From: Methanomassiliicoccales archaeon
GTDB lineage: Archaea; Thermoplasmatota; Thermoplasmata; Methanomassiliicoccales; UBA472
Length of the DNA stretch: 64,000 bases
Assembly (NCBI GenBank): GCA_035506675.1
Contig: DATJOX010000057.1
Span: forward strand, 17,748 to 81,747
Direction of reading: 5' to 3'
Positions within the stretch are counted from its first letter, which is position 1; each line of letters begins with the position of its first letter. The notes beneath the pieces were generated by a model. It searched no databases. It saw only the letters and a list, made by a program, of their open reading frames with translations, and was not told the DNA's origin. Below, one piece after another: positions 17,054 through 27,800 of the stretch. The position numbers were made by a program, and so were the translations under genes.

Positions 17054-18034
17054 ATGACCCGCAAGCCCCTAATCGTGATCGGCGCCGGCATCGCTGGCCT
17101 CTCCACCGGCTGCTACGCCCGCATGAACGGCTACGACGTGCAGGTATTCGAGAAGCACGACAAGCCAGGCGGGATGTGCACTTCCTGGGTGAGGAAAGGG
17201 TACACCTTTGACTATTGCATCCACAACCTGATCGGATCGAGCGGGACGGCGAAGGCGCACCGATATTGGGCGGAGCTTGGCGCGCTCAGCGGCATCGAGG
17301 TGCTGACGTTCAGGGAGATGGTCCAGCTCGAGGATCAGAAGGGGAACAGGGTGGACATCGTCTCGGACGTGGACGCGCTGGAGCGGAGATTGATCGAGCG
17401 GGTGCCGGCGGACGCGGACCTGGTGCGCGAGTACGTTAGTGCGCTGAGAAAGCTGCGGAAGGTGGAAGTCATGGCGCTGATGCTCGATTTGAGACCGCTG
17501 GACCAACTCAGCCTGCTGCCCAAGCTCGGGCTCTTCAAGAAGCTCGGTTCAATCACGGCGGCGCAGTTCTCGGACAAGTTCCAGGACGAGTTCCTGCGGC
17601 GGTCGTTCCGGTACGTACAGTACGGCATCCCCGAAATCCCGATGATCGCGCACGTTGGCATGTTCGCGGCCGTTATTTCCGGTGATGGAGGCTGGCCTCG
17701 GGGAGGTTCGCTGACGCTCTCGAGGAACATCGAGAAGCGCTTCCCCGGGCTGAGGGGCCAGGTCGAGGCTTGGGACGTGATCACACCGGTCACGACCGAA
17801 CGCTACCTCGGCGCCTACCGCGGATTGCAGGCCTGGCCATCGAAAGTCGAGATGTCGACGCTGATGAAGGAGGGACTATCCACGACGCTACCTGGCCTTG
17901 AAGGCTTCTACATGGTCGGTCAGTACGCGCAAGGCACGATCGGACTGACCACCGTGGCGGCCGCCGGACGCAAGCTAGTGAAGCGCCTCTGCAAGGAGGA
18001 CGGCAAGAAGTTCCAGACGAGCGACGCGCCCTGA
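17054..18034 (+). pseudogene. Phytoene-desaturase-family FAD oxidoreductase, apparently with an internal in-frame deletion
   Basis: IGAGIAGL and FEKHDKPGGMCTSW start, C-terminal FYMVGQ, but GGSLTLSRNIEKR joins directly to FPGLRGQVEAWDVITP; only 326 aa. Confidence 0.6.
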
Positions 18035-18057
18035 GCCACGCGTCCCCGCGAACAAGG

Positions 18058-18064
18058 TTTTATT
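18058..18064 (+). promoter_or_regulatory. TATA box for tRNA-His
   Basis: AACAAGG-TTTATTA about 30 nt upstream of the tRNA. Confidence 0.55.
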
Positions 18065-18094
18065 ACCCGCGAAGCGTTCAGAGCATCCCCTCAT

Positions 18095-18169
18095 GGCCGG
18101 GATGGGGTAGCCTGGTTATCCTGTGGGACTGTGGATCCCTAGACCCGAGTTCAAATCTCGGTCCCGGCC
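18095..18169 (+). tRNA. tRNA-His(GTG), G-1 genomically encoded, no CCA
   Basis: Acceptor GCCGGGA/TCCCGGC, anticodon loop CT-GTG-GA (GTG 18131-18133), T arm CCGAG-TTCAAAT-CTCGG, discriminator C. Confidence 0.96.
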
Positions 18170-19362
18170 CCTTCTCCCGACCACACGATCTCGAAATCGC
18201 GTTCGAACATCGAACGGTAGCGCTCTTCGATGGTCTCCGGATCGAGGGGAATGAGAAGTGTCGCGCCAGTCATGATGACCTCATCTCGCAGCGATTGCAC
18301 GAACCTAACCACCTTGTCTGGCTGGTTGTTTGAGAAGAGATACTCGAGTCCGTCGATCATCACCGCCGCCGTCGGGCTCTTCTTCAGGAACTCGCGCACG
18401 GTGTGAGAGAGTATCGAAAGGTTCGTCGGATCGAGGCGGTTCTCGCCGACCTGGCCTGAGAGCGTGAGGACCGTGATACCGGCTTCGCGCATCCCTTCCT
18501 CATCCATCCCTGGGATCATGCGCGTGACCAGCAGCGCCGGGTTCGCCGGCGAGGCGAGGCTGCGGAAGATCTCGTGCGCCCCCTCGGTCTTCTTGTCCTC
18601 AACCAGGACCAAGCGGCCTTTCACCTCACCGACGCTCCGGTTGTCGGTGTGTAGCGGGGATTCGCGCTGGGGCTTCACGTCCACGTTGAAGTATCGATAT
18701 CGAAGGATCGCGTAGGCGAAGATCGCGACCAGGAAGATGAGCCCGGGGGAATAGGTGTTCGGCACATCGAATCCCTCAACGAGGAGAATCGAGACCACCA
18801 GGACATAGACATAGGGCGAGGCGACGCCGAGTGAGAGCAGGGTCGCTTGTCGTCTCACCGCCTTGTCCTTGCTTCCTAGGCAGGTGTCGGTCATCATGTA
18901 GATCGCGGCCAGCCCGATTCCGACCATCACACACATCCAGACGACGAAGCCCTCGGTGATCGGAAAGCCCCAGCCATAGTCGTATAAGGTGACGTCTCTC
19001 GGCGCGTAGGCACCGAGGAACGCGGCCAGGAGCGAGATCAGAGCGAACTCCTTGTGGCGGGTCGTGAACCAACCAGCGAAGCGTTCGTAGGGAAGGAACG
19101 AAGACAGATAGAGCATCCCACAGAACGCAAGCACCAACATGAACAAGCTGATGCGCCCAATGAGCAGCGCTGATGCAGCATCGTCTTGAATGCGAAAGAG
19201 CAAGTCCATTGGGCCGTAGGCAGCGAAAAGCATCATCACGATAAGGAACGCCTTCGCTGGAGGGACGTAGGGGTTCCTGCGATACACGTACACCCCGGCC
19301 AGCAGCCCGATCAGGCCCACGGCTATAGGAATCAAATGAACGGTTTGCATCCCAACCGACAT
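18151..19362 (-). CDS. 7TM (HisKA_7TM-like) plus DUF835 protein
   Basis: About 7 hydrophobic helices then LLVTR, LDPTNL, VMIDGLEYL, LIPLDP typical of DUF835. Confidence 0.8.
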   Translation of the reverse strand: MSVGMQTVHLIPIAVGLIGLLAGVYVYRRNPYVPPAKAFLIVMMLFAAYGPMDLLFRIQDDAASALLIGRISLFMLVLAFCGMLYLSSFLPYERFAGWFTTRHKEFALISLLAAFLGAYAPRDVTLYDYGWGFPITEGFVVWMCVMVGIGLAAIYMMTDTCLGSKDKAVRRQATLLSLGVASPYVYVLVVSILLVEGFDVPNTYSPGLIFLVAIFAYAILRYRYFNVDVKPQRESPLHTDNRSVGEVKGRLVLVEDKKTEGAHEIFRSLASPANPALLVTRMIPGMDEEGMREAGITVLTLSGQVGENRLDPTNLSILSHTVREFLKKSPTAAVMIDGLEYLFSNNQPDKVVRFVQSLRDEVIMTGATLLIPLDPETIEERYRSMFERDFEIVWSGEGAGTEI

Positions 19363-19484
19363 TTCGCTCCGATGTAAGCCTCTGGGGATTTAAATTGAAT
19401 CGGCGCGATTACCAAAAGCGATTCGAGCACCCACAGGTGCACAAATCATTATAGGGAGGGCCGGATGTCCGTTTCCCGATTAGA

Positions 19485-20939
19485 ATGAGCTGGAACGGCC
19501 CACTTAACCAGATCGACGATTACCGCTGGGAGATCCCGAGCACCTACAAGAAGTGCATGCGCACGAGCGCGGTCATCTTCGCGGACAAGAACATGATCAA
19601 GCACATCCGCGAGGACAACGCGCCGGAGCAGGCGGCGAACGTCGCGTGCCTTCCGGGTATCGTCGGGAAATCGCTGGCGATGCCGGACATTCATTGGGGC
19701 TATGGGTTCCCGATCGGAGGGGTCGCAGCGATGGATTTCGAGACCGGCGTGATCTCGCCTGGCGGTGTTGGATTCGACATAAATTGTGGGGTCAGAATAA
19801 TAACCACGAACCTCACGGCCAAGGACGTGAAACCCGGCATTAAGGATCTCATTAACATCCTCTACAAGAATGTGCCCGCTGGGGTTGGATCGGAGGGAGT
19901 GACGAACGTAGCAGCGTCCCAAATCGACGACATCCTCAGTCGAGGGGCCGAGTGGGCCGTGGAGAACGGCTATGGGTGGAAGGAGGACCTGGACGTTACC
20001 GAAGCAGGGGGAAGCCTGAAGACAGCCGACCCGTCAAAGGTCAGTCGAAAGGCCAAGGAACGCGGAATTCCGCAGGTTGGATCACTCGGGTCTGGAAACC
20101 ACTTCCTCGAGGTTGACGAGGTGGCGGAGGTTTTCGATCAGGAGGCGGCGAACGCATTCGGCATCGGACAGAAGGGCCAGATCACCGTCACGATTCATTG
20201 TGGTTCGAGAGGATGCGGACATCAGATAGCGACCGATTACATCCAGCAGATCGAGCGACACGTCCGCGACAACAACATCGAACTCCCTGACCGACAGCTT
20301 GCCTGCGCCCCCATTTCTTCACAGGCAGGGAAGGATTACTTCACAGCAATGTGCGCCGGGGCGAACTTCGCCTGGGCGAACAGGCAGATGATCCAGCACT
20401 GGGTGCGGCAAAGCTTCGAGACGCACTTCAAGCGCTCGGCCGAGGATCTGGGGATGCATCAGGTGTACGACGTCGCGCACAACATCGCGAAGGTCGAGGA
20501 GTACGAGGTCGACGGCAAGATGCGCAAGGTCATGGTGCATCGCAAGGGTGCGACGCGCTCGTTCCCGAAGGGGCATCCTGAGGTGCCTTTGAGGTACCGA
20601 GCGATCGGGCAGCCCGTCATCATTCCGGGCGACATGGGGGCTGGCTCGTACGTGCTCGTTGGCACGGAGCGGGTGATGAAGGAGGCTTTCGGCTCCACCT
20701 GCCACGGCGCCGGCAGAATGATGTCACGCTCGGCCGCCACGCGCAACTACAGCGTCGACGACGTCAGGAAGCAGCTCGCGGACCGGGGTGTGTTCCTGAA
20801 GGCGGTCACGAAGGACGGCATCATCGAGGAGGCGCCTGGCGCTTACAAGGACATCGATGAGGTGATATCAGTCGTCGCCGGTGCGGGGCTCTCCAAGCCT
20901 GTCGTGAAACTGCGCCCGATCGGCGTGATGAAGGGCTGA
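19485..20939 (+). CDS. rtcB: RNA-splicing ligase RtcB
   Basis: MPDIHWGYGFPIG, GFDINCG, GSGNHF, HNIA, HRKGA, STCHGAGR. Confidence 0.97.
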   Translation: MSWNGPLNQIDDYRWEIPSTYKKCMRTSAVIFADKNMIKHIREDNAPEQAANVACLPGIVGKSLAMPDIHWGYGFPIGGVAAMDFETGVISPGGVGFDINCGVRIITTNLTAKDVKPGIKDLINILYKNVPAGVGSEGVTNVAASQIDDILSRGAEWAVENGYGWKEDLDVTEAGGSLKTADPSKVSRKAKERGIPQVGSLGSGNHFLEVDEVAEVFDQEAANAFGIGQKGQITVTIHCGSRGCGHQIATDYIQQIERHVRDNNIELPDRQLACAPISSQAGKDYFTAMCAGANFAWANRQMIQHWVRQSFETHFKRSAEDLGMHQVYDVAHNIAKVEEYEVDGKMRKVMVHRKGATRSFPKGHPEVPLRYRAIGQPVIIPGDMGAGSYVLVGTERVMKEAFGSTCHGAGRMMSRSAATRNYSVDDVRKQLADRGVFLKAVTKDGIIEEAPGAYKDIDEVISVVAGAGLSKPVVKLRPIGVMKG

Positions 20940-20941
20940 GG

Positions 20942-22261
20942 TCAGACCGACAACGCTCGTTCGGCCGCCTTGGCTACCTCGTTCCGAGAACCGTTTGGAC
21001 ACGAGACCATGATCGCCCAGTCGAAGACGCTCCTCGCCTGCAGCGCCTTCGCGAGCGGGGAGTAGCGCGAGAGCGGCCGCACCTTGTCGTCCTCGAGGAT
21101 GCGCACCTCCGTCTTCCCGATCCGAGGTTCCGAGATCAGAAGCTCCCGCTCGGGCATGTCCACGATCACCTCGGATGGGTGGACGCCAGCCCTCGCCGCG
21201 ATGTCCGCCTCGATGCGTTTGCGAGCATCGTAGTCCGAGAACTGCAGCAGCGCTTCCATGCTGGTGTCGTCTAGCTCGGCCATCGAGATCGAGAATGCTT
21301 TCTTGTAGAGGTCACGATACTTCAGGCGGAGCATCATGCGCGCCGGGTATCCCCCTTGCGCCACCAGCTTCTCCGAGAGCGAGCAATCGTTCTCGGCATG
21401 GATGCTCCCGAGCAACGATTCGTCGGCCATCTCGACCGCCTTGCAGAGCATCATCTCCGCGATGCGCACGGTCTTGTGGAAGTAGACAGAGGAATACATC
21501 AGAGCGCGGGCGACGATGAGTCCTTCGACCGCTGCAACCCCACCCTTCTCAATGACCAGATCGCCGTGGAACAGGCTCATCGTATGCATCAGGCGGTCGA
21601 TGTCGATCGTGCCATGCGCCACGCCGGTGTAGTGTGAGTCGCGAAGTAGGTAGTCCATTTGGTCTGCGTCGACGGGCCCGTGAATCATTTGATGCAGGTA
21701 CTCGTGACGGCCACGGCCGAAATGCGCCTGAGAGTTCTCAACCGGAAGCAGGCTTTGATCCGGATTGTCCAGGCTGGTTGATAATGCGACCAGTTCGGCG
21801 ACCTCTGAAGGATCGAGGCCGTGCCGGTCGAGGACGGAACGGATGCTCTCCGTTTCTCCGAGCACCTTCCGTTCGAAGGAGGTCAGGCAGCGCTTCTCGC
21901 CCAGAATGATCTGCCTGCTCAGGCTGACATGATCGAGACCGAGCGCGTGCGCCATGACTTCCTCGAGGGTGTGCGAATAGGGAGGATGCCCAACGTCGTG
22001 CAGCAGCGCCGCGGCGCGCACGGTCTCTGTTTCGTCGGACTTGATCCCCAGGGCTGAGCACATCTGCGAGACGATGTAATAGGTGCCGAGCGAGTGCTCC
22101 AGGCGGGTGTGATGCGCACCTGGGAAGACGAGATGCGCCAGGCCTAGCTGATGGATGCCATTGAGTCGCTGCATCTCCGGGCGCGAGAGGAGGTCAACGA
22201 AGACCCCTTCGAGGCGCACGCTCCCGTGCACGCTGTCGTGTATCACCTTGAAGTCTGGCAC
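20942..22261 (-). CDS. HD-domain phosphohydrolase (dNTPase-like)
   Basis: IHDSVHG, HTRLEHSLG, LLHDVGH, DADQMDYL.RDS. Confidence 0.9.
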   Translation of the reverse strand: MPDFKVIHDSVHGSVRLEGVFVDLLSRPEMQRLNGIHQLGLAHLVFPGAHHTRLEHSLGTYYIVSQMCSALGIKSDETETVRAAALLHDVGHPPYSHTLEEVMAHALGLDHVSLSRQIILGEKRCLTSFERKVLGETESIRSVLDRHGLDPSEVAELVALSTSLDNPDQSLLPVENSQAHFGRGRHEYLHQMIHGPVDADQMDYLLRDSHYTGVAHGTIDIDRLMHTMSLFHGDLVIEKGGVAAVEGLIVARALMYSSVYFHKTVRIAEMMLCKAVEMADESLLGSIHAENDCSLSEKLVAQGGYPARMMLRLKYRDLYKKAFSISMAELDDTSMEALLQFSDYDARKRIEADIAARAGVHPSEVIVDMPERELLISEPRIGKTEVRILEDDKVRPLSRYSPLAKALQARSVFDWAIMVSCPNGSRNEVAKAAERALSV

Positions 22262-22343
22262 TGCCTATGAAATCGCCCAGGCGATATTTATCCCTGATTG
22301 CTGAAATAAGAATGAGACAAGAGCGGCTGCGGCCGCTCTTGGT

Positions 22344-22724
22344 CTAAGCGAAGCCGCCCTTGATCTTGTGGCGGTCGATCTTGATGCCGTTCGGCGCGAT
22401 GACCAGCAAGTTGTGTCCGATGGCCGCGACATCCCCGTTCGTGTCCCTCGCCACCGCCTTGAGCTCATTCGTGATGCGCTTCAGCGTCACCTGGTCGTTC
22501 GCGACCGACGAGTAATCGATGATCACGATGTTGCCGCTGTACGCTGGCTGAACCACCGGCTGGAGGTCCTCGTAACGGTAGATCTCGGCGATCTTGATCA
22601 TTCCCTTTCCGCCCAACGGGTTCTCTTCCTCGAAGTTAAGGGCCCCGAGGTCGATGTACTGGTCCGTCTCGACCGTCTGGACTTCATCCTTGCTCCGTGC
22701 AAAAGGCTTCTTCAGCAGTGGCAT
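22344..22724 (-). CDS. sepF: Cell division protein SepF
   Basis: YIDL, IKIAEIYRYEDL, GNIVIIDY, GDVAAIG, APNGIKIDR; start ATG 22724. Confidence 0.88.
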   Translation of the reverse strand: MPLLKKPFARSKDEVQTVETDQYIDLGALNFEEENPLGGKGMIKIAEIYRYEDLQPVVQPAYSGNIVIIDYSSVANDQVTLKRITNELKAVARDTNGDVAAIGHNLLVIAPNGIKIDRHKIKGGFA

Positions 22725-22897
22725 GACATGCATCCCTCGGGATTGTAATGAGGTCCTCGATATTTAAATCTGAATGCGTCGTTGGCTCGGAACTTTCCGA
22801 CTAGACGAGCTCTAACCAGAAAAACCCCGGAAGGCTATTTAAGCGCAAGAACGGTAGCACTCGCAGTCCATGGAGGAGACGAGCGCCAACGACAACG

Positions 22898-24850
22898 GTG
22901 CTGTGCATAGGGACTGACGGCCACTTTCTGGAGCAGGCGAAGTCCTACCTCGAGTCGAGGGATGGCGTTAGCGTCGTCACAGCGACCTCAGCACGAGAAG
23001 CGCAGGCGCTGCTGAACGGAGGCCGATGCGAAGCGGTCATTTGCGCTCATTCTCCGCCCCATAGCGACGCCCTCCAGGTCTTCACCGATCTGCGTGCGAC
23101 TGGGATCGTGCTCCCCTTCATCATCGTCGCGGACGTTGAGGATGACTCTTTCATCGAGGCGGTGATCCGGTCTGGAGCTGACTTCTGCCTTCGCAAATCG
23201 TCGCGACCGGAGCACGTCCTTCCCGAGCTCCAATACCGCCTGGGACAGGCGATCGCGAGGGAAGAGAGGGGGAGGCAGCTTGAGCACCGCTCTACCATGG
23301 AGCTTATGATCACCGACGTCTGCAAGCGCGTCCACGCCGCGGACGCGGAACACATCGACCTGGAGATCCAGGACGCTTTGCATCGCATCGGGGCGTTCGC
23401 GAAGGTGCGCCGGAGCTTCTTCGGGCTTATTGACGACAGTGGGGACGGCATCAAGAAAATGCTCGCCTGGCCCACGGACCTGTATCCGGAGCCGACCAAG
23501 GAGCTTCCGTTGGTGTCCCTCAACCATCTCTCTTGGATGAAGGAAACGTTGATGCGGGGCGAGCCGCGGCTGGTGTCGGGACCGGAAGAGCTGCCGTCGG
23601 ACGCCGTCGTGGAGAGGAGCGTTTGGCAGAATCTCGGCATCACGCAGATGGTGGCGGTGCCGCTCTTCCTGAAGGGCAAGTTCAGGGGATTCTTTGGTTT
23701 CAGCACGACCGTCGCGTCCGACCCACTGACCGCTGAGGATATGCAGCTTCTGACCCTGCTTTCGCAAGCCGTCGCAACCAGACTTGAGCGTCAGATGCAA
23801 ACGGAGGACCTGCGGGCCGAGAAAGACAAGTTCCAGGCGATCGCGGACTACACCTACAACTGGGAATCGTGGATGGACACGGACTTCAAGCTGCTCTGGG
23901 TCAACCCCGAGGTGGAGAGGATCACAGGATACAACGTCGAGGAGTGCATGACGATGGGCGACTACCCGTTCCCAATCATCCTGGAGGAGGACCGGCTCAT
24001 GGTCCGAGGATGGTTTGAGCATCCTCCTGGTCCGGAAGGAGTCGCATCCCTCGAGTTCCGCTTGCGACACAAGGACGGCAGCGTCCGGGACGCAGCAGTC
24101 TCCTGGCGCCTGGCGGTGAGCTCGGACGGCGAGCAACTTGGTTTTCGCGCTTCCGTGGAGGACATCACGGAACGGAAGAAGATGGAAGAGGAGCTGCAAC
24201 GGGCCTATTCCCAGTTGGTGACTCTGAATCACGCGACCAGGCACGAGATGACCGCAAACCTCCGCGTGCTGCGCAAGGGGATTGAGCTTTGCGCCTCCTC
24301 ATCGGGTGGACACACGTCGCGACTGCTGGAGCGCATGGGGACGAGCGTAGAGAAGATGGAACGCCTCGTGCGCACGCTGGAGGACTTCCAGAACGTCGGC
24401 ACGAAGGACCCACTTTGGCAGAACGTGGAGGAGGTCGCGTGCTCGGCGTTCGAATCGTTGCCCAACGAAATGGAGGCGAGAGTGAACGTCGGAGCTCTAG
24501 AGATCCTCGCCGATCCGCTGCTCGAGCGCGCTTTTGCCCATCTCGCCGAGAACTCCGTAATCCACGGCGGCAAGGCGACACGCATCAGAGTCGACAAGAG
24601 AGCGTCAGATGAAGGCATACTCCTCACATATCGCGACGACGGCGTCGGCATTCCGTTCAACGACAAGCCCGGCCTCTTTCTCAAGGACTACCGGCATCAC
24701 ACAGCTCGCGGCCTCGTCCTCACCCAAGAGATACTGGGTGTGACAGGAATCTCGATCCGCGAGAACGGCGCTCCGGGAGAAGGCGTGCGTTTCGAGATGC
24801 TCGTGCCCTCCGGGCGATACCGCATCGCGGACGGCCTCCGAACTCGCTAG
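22898..24850 (+). CDS. Histidine kinase (pseudo-REC, GAF, PAS, HisKA, HATPase)
   Basis: GADFCLRK REC end, ATRHE H-box, HLAENSVIHG, DDGVG; start uncertain. Confidence 0.85.
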   Translation: MLCIGTDGHFLEQAKSYLESRDGVSVVTATSAREAQALLNGGRCEAVICAHSPPHSDALQVFTDLRATGIVLPFIIVADVEDDSFIEAVIRSGADFCLRKSSRPEHVLPELQYRLGQAIAREERGRQLEHRSTMELMITDVCKRVHAADAEHIDLEIQDALHRIGAFAKVRRSFFGLIDDSGDGIKKMLAWPTDLYPEPTKELPLVSLNHLSWMKETLMRGEPRLVSGPEELPSDAVVERSVWQNLGITQMVAVPLFLKGKFRGFFGFSTTVASDPLTAEDMQLLTLLSQAVATRLERQMQTEDLRAEKDKFQAIADYTYNWESWMDTDFKLLWVNPEVERITGYNVEECMTMGDYPFPIILEEDRLMVRGWFEHPPGPEGVASLEFRLRHKDGSVRDAAVSWRLAVSSDGEQLGFRASVEDITERKKMEEELQRAYSQLVTLNHATRHEMTANLRVLRKGIELCASSSGGHTSRLLERMGTSVEKMERLVRTLEDFQNVGTKDPLWQNVEEVACSAFESLPNEMEARVNVGALEILADPLLERAFAHLAENSVIHGGKATRIRVDKRASDEGILLTYRDDGVGIPFNDKPGLFLKDYRHHTARGLVLTQEILGVTGISIRENGAPGEGVRFEMLVPSGRYRIADGLRTR

Positions 24851-24880
24851 ATTGTGCGTGAGCACACCGCGCGCTGGAAT

Positions 24881-27800
24881 TCAACTTGCAGGGGGTATGG
24901 CGACCACGACCGTGCACTCCGCTCTCTCCGCCACCCCGCGCTCCTTCTTGAACATATAGCCGCTCCGCGCCTCATCCCACTCGCCCTCGAGGATGATGAG
25001 GTCCACGTTCCTCTGCTTCGCGAAGAGCGCCACGTCCCTGCCGGACTCGCGCACTAGCACCACCATCGGCCGGTAGCGCCTGATCACCGCCCAGGTGGGC
25101 AGGGTATGGAAGACGCTCAGCTCGCGCTCCGTGTCCACGAGTGACTCGGGACGGTACACCGAGTAAAGGGGCACGATCGAGGGCATCTCCACGACCTTCG
25201 CGGCAACGATATCCACGCCCGGGAACGGCGCGCCTTCTGTCAGGGCCTGGGCGAGCTCGACCGGCTCTCCCTTGAGCCGCGTCAAAGCAGGGATGAGCAC
25301 ACGCGGCGCGCCTGTGAGCGGTATCGATGGGGCCTCCCAGTTACTGACAATGATGACCTTGCGCTCCCGGAATTCGTTAACCCAGGCGATCCTCGAGAGC
25401 GCGCGCCGCCTGCCCTCGAAGACTTCGCGAGCGGCGGGCACGAAGATGCGCGAGGCGCCAGAATCCTTCACCACTTCCCTGAGACTGACGGAGGTCGCGC
25501 GCCAGCCGCGTTCTCTACCAGCCACGCGGATATCCTGGATCTCGAACGGCACTTTCAGATGCCCAGCATGCTGCACGATCAGTCGCTCAAGATCGTCCAG
25601 GTTGTGCTGATCGGAGTCGTTGTCGATGACGCGCACGAACAACAGCCGTGAACCGGCGGACCTCGCCGAGTCGACCGCCACATGGACCAGGTTCACCTCG
25701 TTGCCAACGCCCCGCAGCACGACGACCGCGGGCGGTCCCTTCTCTTCGTACGGAGGGAGCTCCCTGTCGTAGCCGATCTCCACCGGGACCCCCGCGATCG
25801 GAGCGGCTGGGACAGGTGTGACCGGAACCGGAGGAAGCAAGTAGGCCCTCAGTATCAGCTTCCGGACCTCCTCCAGCCCGAAGAGGACCGGGGCGATCAG
25901 ATAGAGCACCAGGATGTCCTGTAGCGGGACTCCCGTCGCCCCGAAAGCCGAGCCGATGGGCGGGAAGTAGACCAGGATCAGCAGCAACCCGAAGGATGCC
26001 GCGACGGCAACGAGCAGCCACTTGTTCTTGGACAGGCTGACCGACAGCGAGGACTTCACGTTCGTGCGCATCGCGAAGACCACACCCAGTTGGCCGGCCA
26101 TGACCGCGGCCATGAAGATGGTGGTGCCCTGCTGGTAAGCCATCTGGGATGACACGGAGCCGAGCCCGAGGTGCCACCCGGCGCCTTGCCAGAGGTTGAA
26201 GCACCAATAGAGGGCGACCAACCCGGCGATGACCCCGAGGTAAGTCGAGCGGGCGAGCGCGCCCGAGCTGAAAAGGCGGACGGCCTTGCTCCGCGGGGCG
26301 CGTTCCATGATCCCCGGCTCCGGCGGCTCCACCGTAAGGGCCAGTGATGGTGGGATATCCATCATCAGGTCGATGGCGAGCACCTCGATGACCGTGAGCG
26401 GCAGCGGAACGCCGATCGTGACGAAAGCGATGAACGCGATGAGCTCGGCCCAGTTATGCGTGAAGACATAAGCGATGAACTTCCTCAGGTTGTCGAAGAC
26501 CGCCCTTCCCTGTTCGATGCCGTGCACGATCGAAGCGAAGTTGTCATCCAGGAGCACCATGTCCGAAGACTCGCGCGCGACGTCGGTGCCGGAAAGCCCC
26601 ATGGCGATGCCGATGTCCGCTTCCAACAGAGCCGGGGCGTCGTTCACTCCGTCCCCAGTCACCGCCACCGTCTCGCCCCTGTCGCGCAGCGCCTTCACGA
26701 TGCGCAGTTTCTGGTCTGGGGCGATGCGCGCGAACACCAGCTCCTTCTTCTCGAGCACCCGCCCGAGCTCCTCATCGCTCATCGCGGCGAGGCGGGACCC
26801 GCTCACCACCTCTCCCTTCGAAGTGATCAAGCCGATGCTCCTGGCGATCGCTTCAGCGGTGAGCTCGTGGTCTCCGGTGAGCATCAGTACTCGTATGCCG
26901 GCCGCCCTCGCCTCCCTTACAGCCTTCGCGCTCTCCGCCCGAGGCGGGTCCAGGATCGCGACCAGTCCGATGAAGGTCAGCTCCTTCTCAAGGGATTCAG
27001 CTTCGTAGGACGTAGGATCTGCCGGCAGAGCGCGCTCGGCGAGTGCAAGGACGCGATAGGCCTCGCGCGCATATTGATCCATGCGGTTCTTGACAACCCT
27101 TCTGATATCGTCTGTTAGCGGCACGACCGCACCGTTCCAGTATGCATAGGTGCTTCGTTCCAGCACGTCCGCTCCCGCGCCTTTCGTGTACGAAACGATG
27201 CGACCTTCTGGCTCCCGATGGACGCTCGTCATCATCTTGCGCTTGGATTCGAACGGCGCCAGGCCGATTCTCGGACTGCGAGAGAGCTGCTCCTTGTACT
27301 GCATGCCCGCCTTGGCGGCGAAGACAAGCAGCGCGGCCTCGGTGGAGTCTCCAATCGCGGTCCAGCGTGACTTTCTCGGATCTAGTGGTGGAACGACCGT
27401 GGCGGTATTGTCCAGGCAGGCAACGCGCATGAGCTGTAGCAGGTCTTCCGCGTCTCCTGCCTGCACCCGCCGGCCTTCGATCGTCACCGCGCCCTCTGGC
27501 TCGTACCCCTCGCCGCTGACCTCATAGTCCTTTCCCCCGATCCAGGCCCGACGCACGGTCATCTGGCCTTCGGTGATCGTTCCAGTCTTGTCGGAGCAGA
27601 TGACGGTACAGCTGCCGAGCGTCTCGACGGACGAGAGCCGCTTTACGACCATGTTCCGCTTTGACATCGTGAGCGAGCTAATGGCGAGAGCGAGAGTGAG
27701 GGTGACTTGGAAGCCTTCGGGTACGAGGGAGATCATCACCCCGATCATGAAAAGAAGGCTGGGGGCGAGCTCCAGTCCAAGGCCGAAATAGGCAATCAGA

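Noticed and set aside
18095-20939. Functional link between tRNA-His and nearby rtcB
   Set aside because: The tRNA has no intron and the genes are separated by an opposite-strand gene; proximity is likely incidental
22870-22900. Possible frameshift or ACG start (22889, MTTVLCIG) for the second kinase
   Set aside because: A canonical GTG at 22898 is adequate and ribosome-site spacing to the ACG is poor
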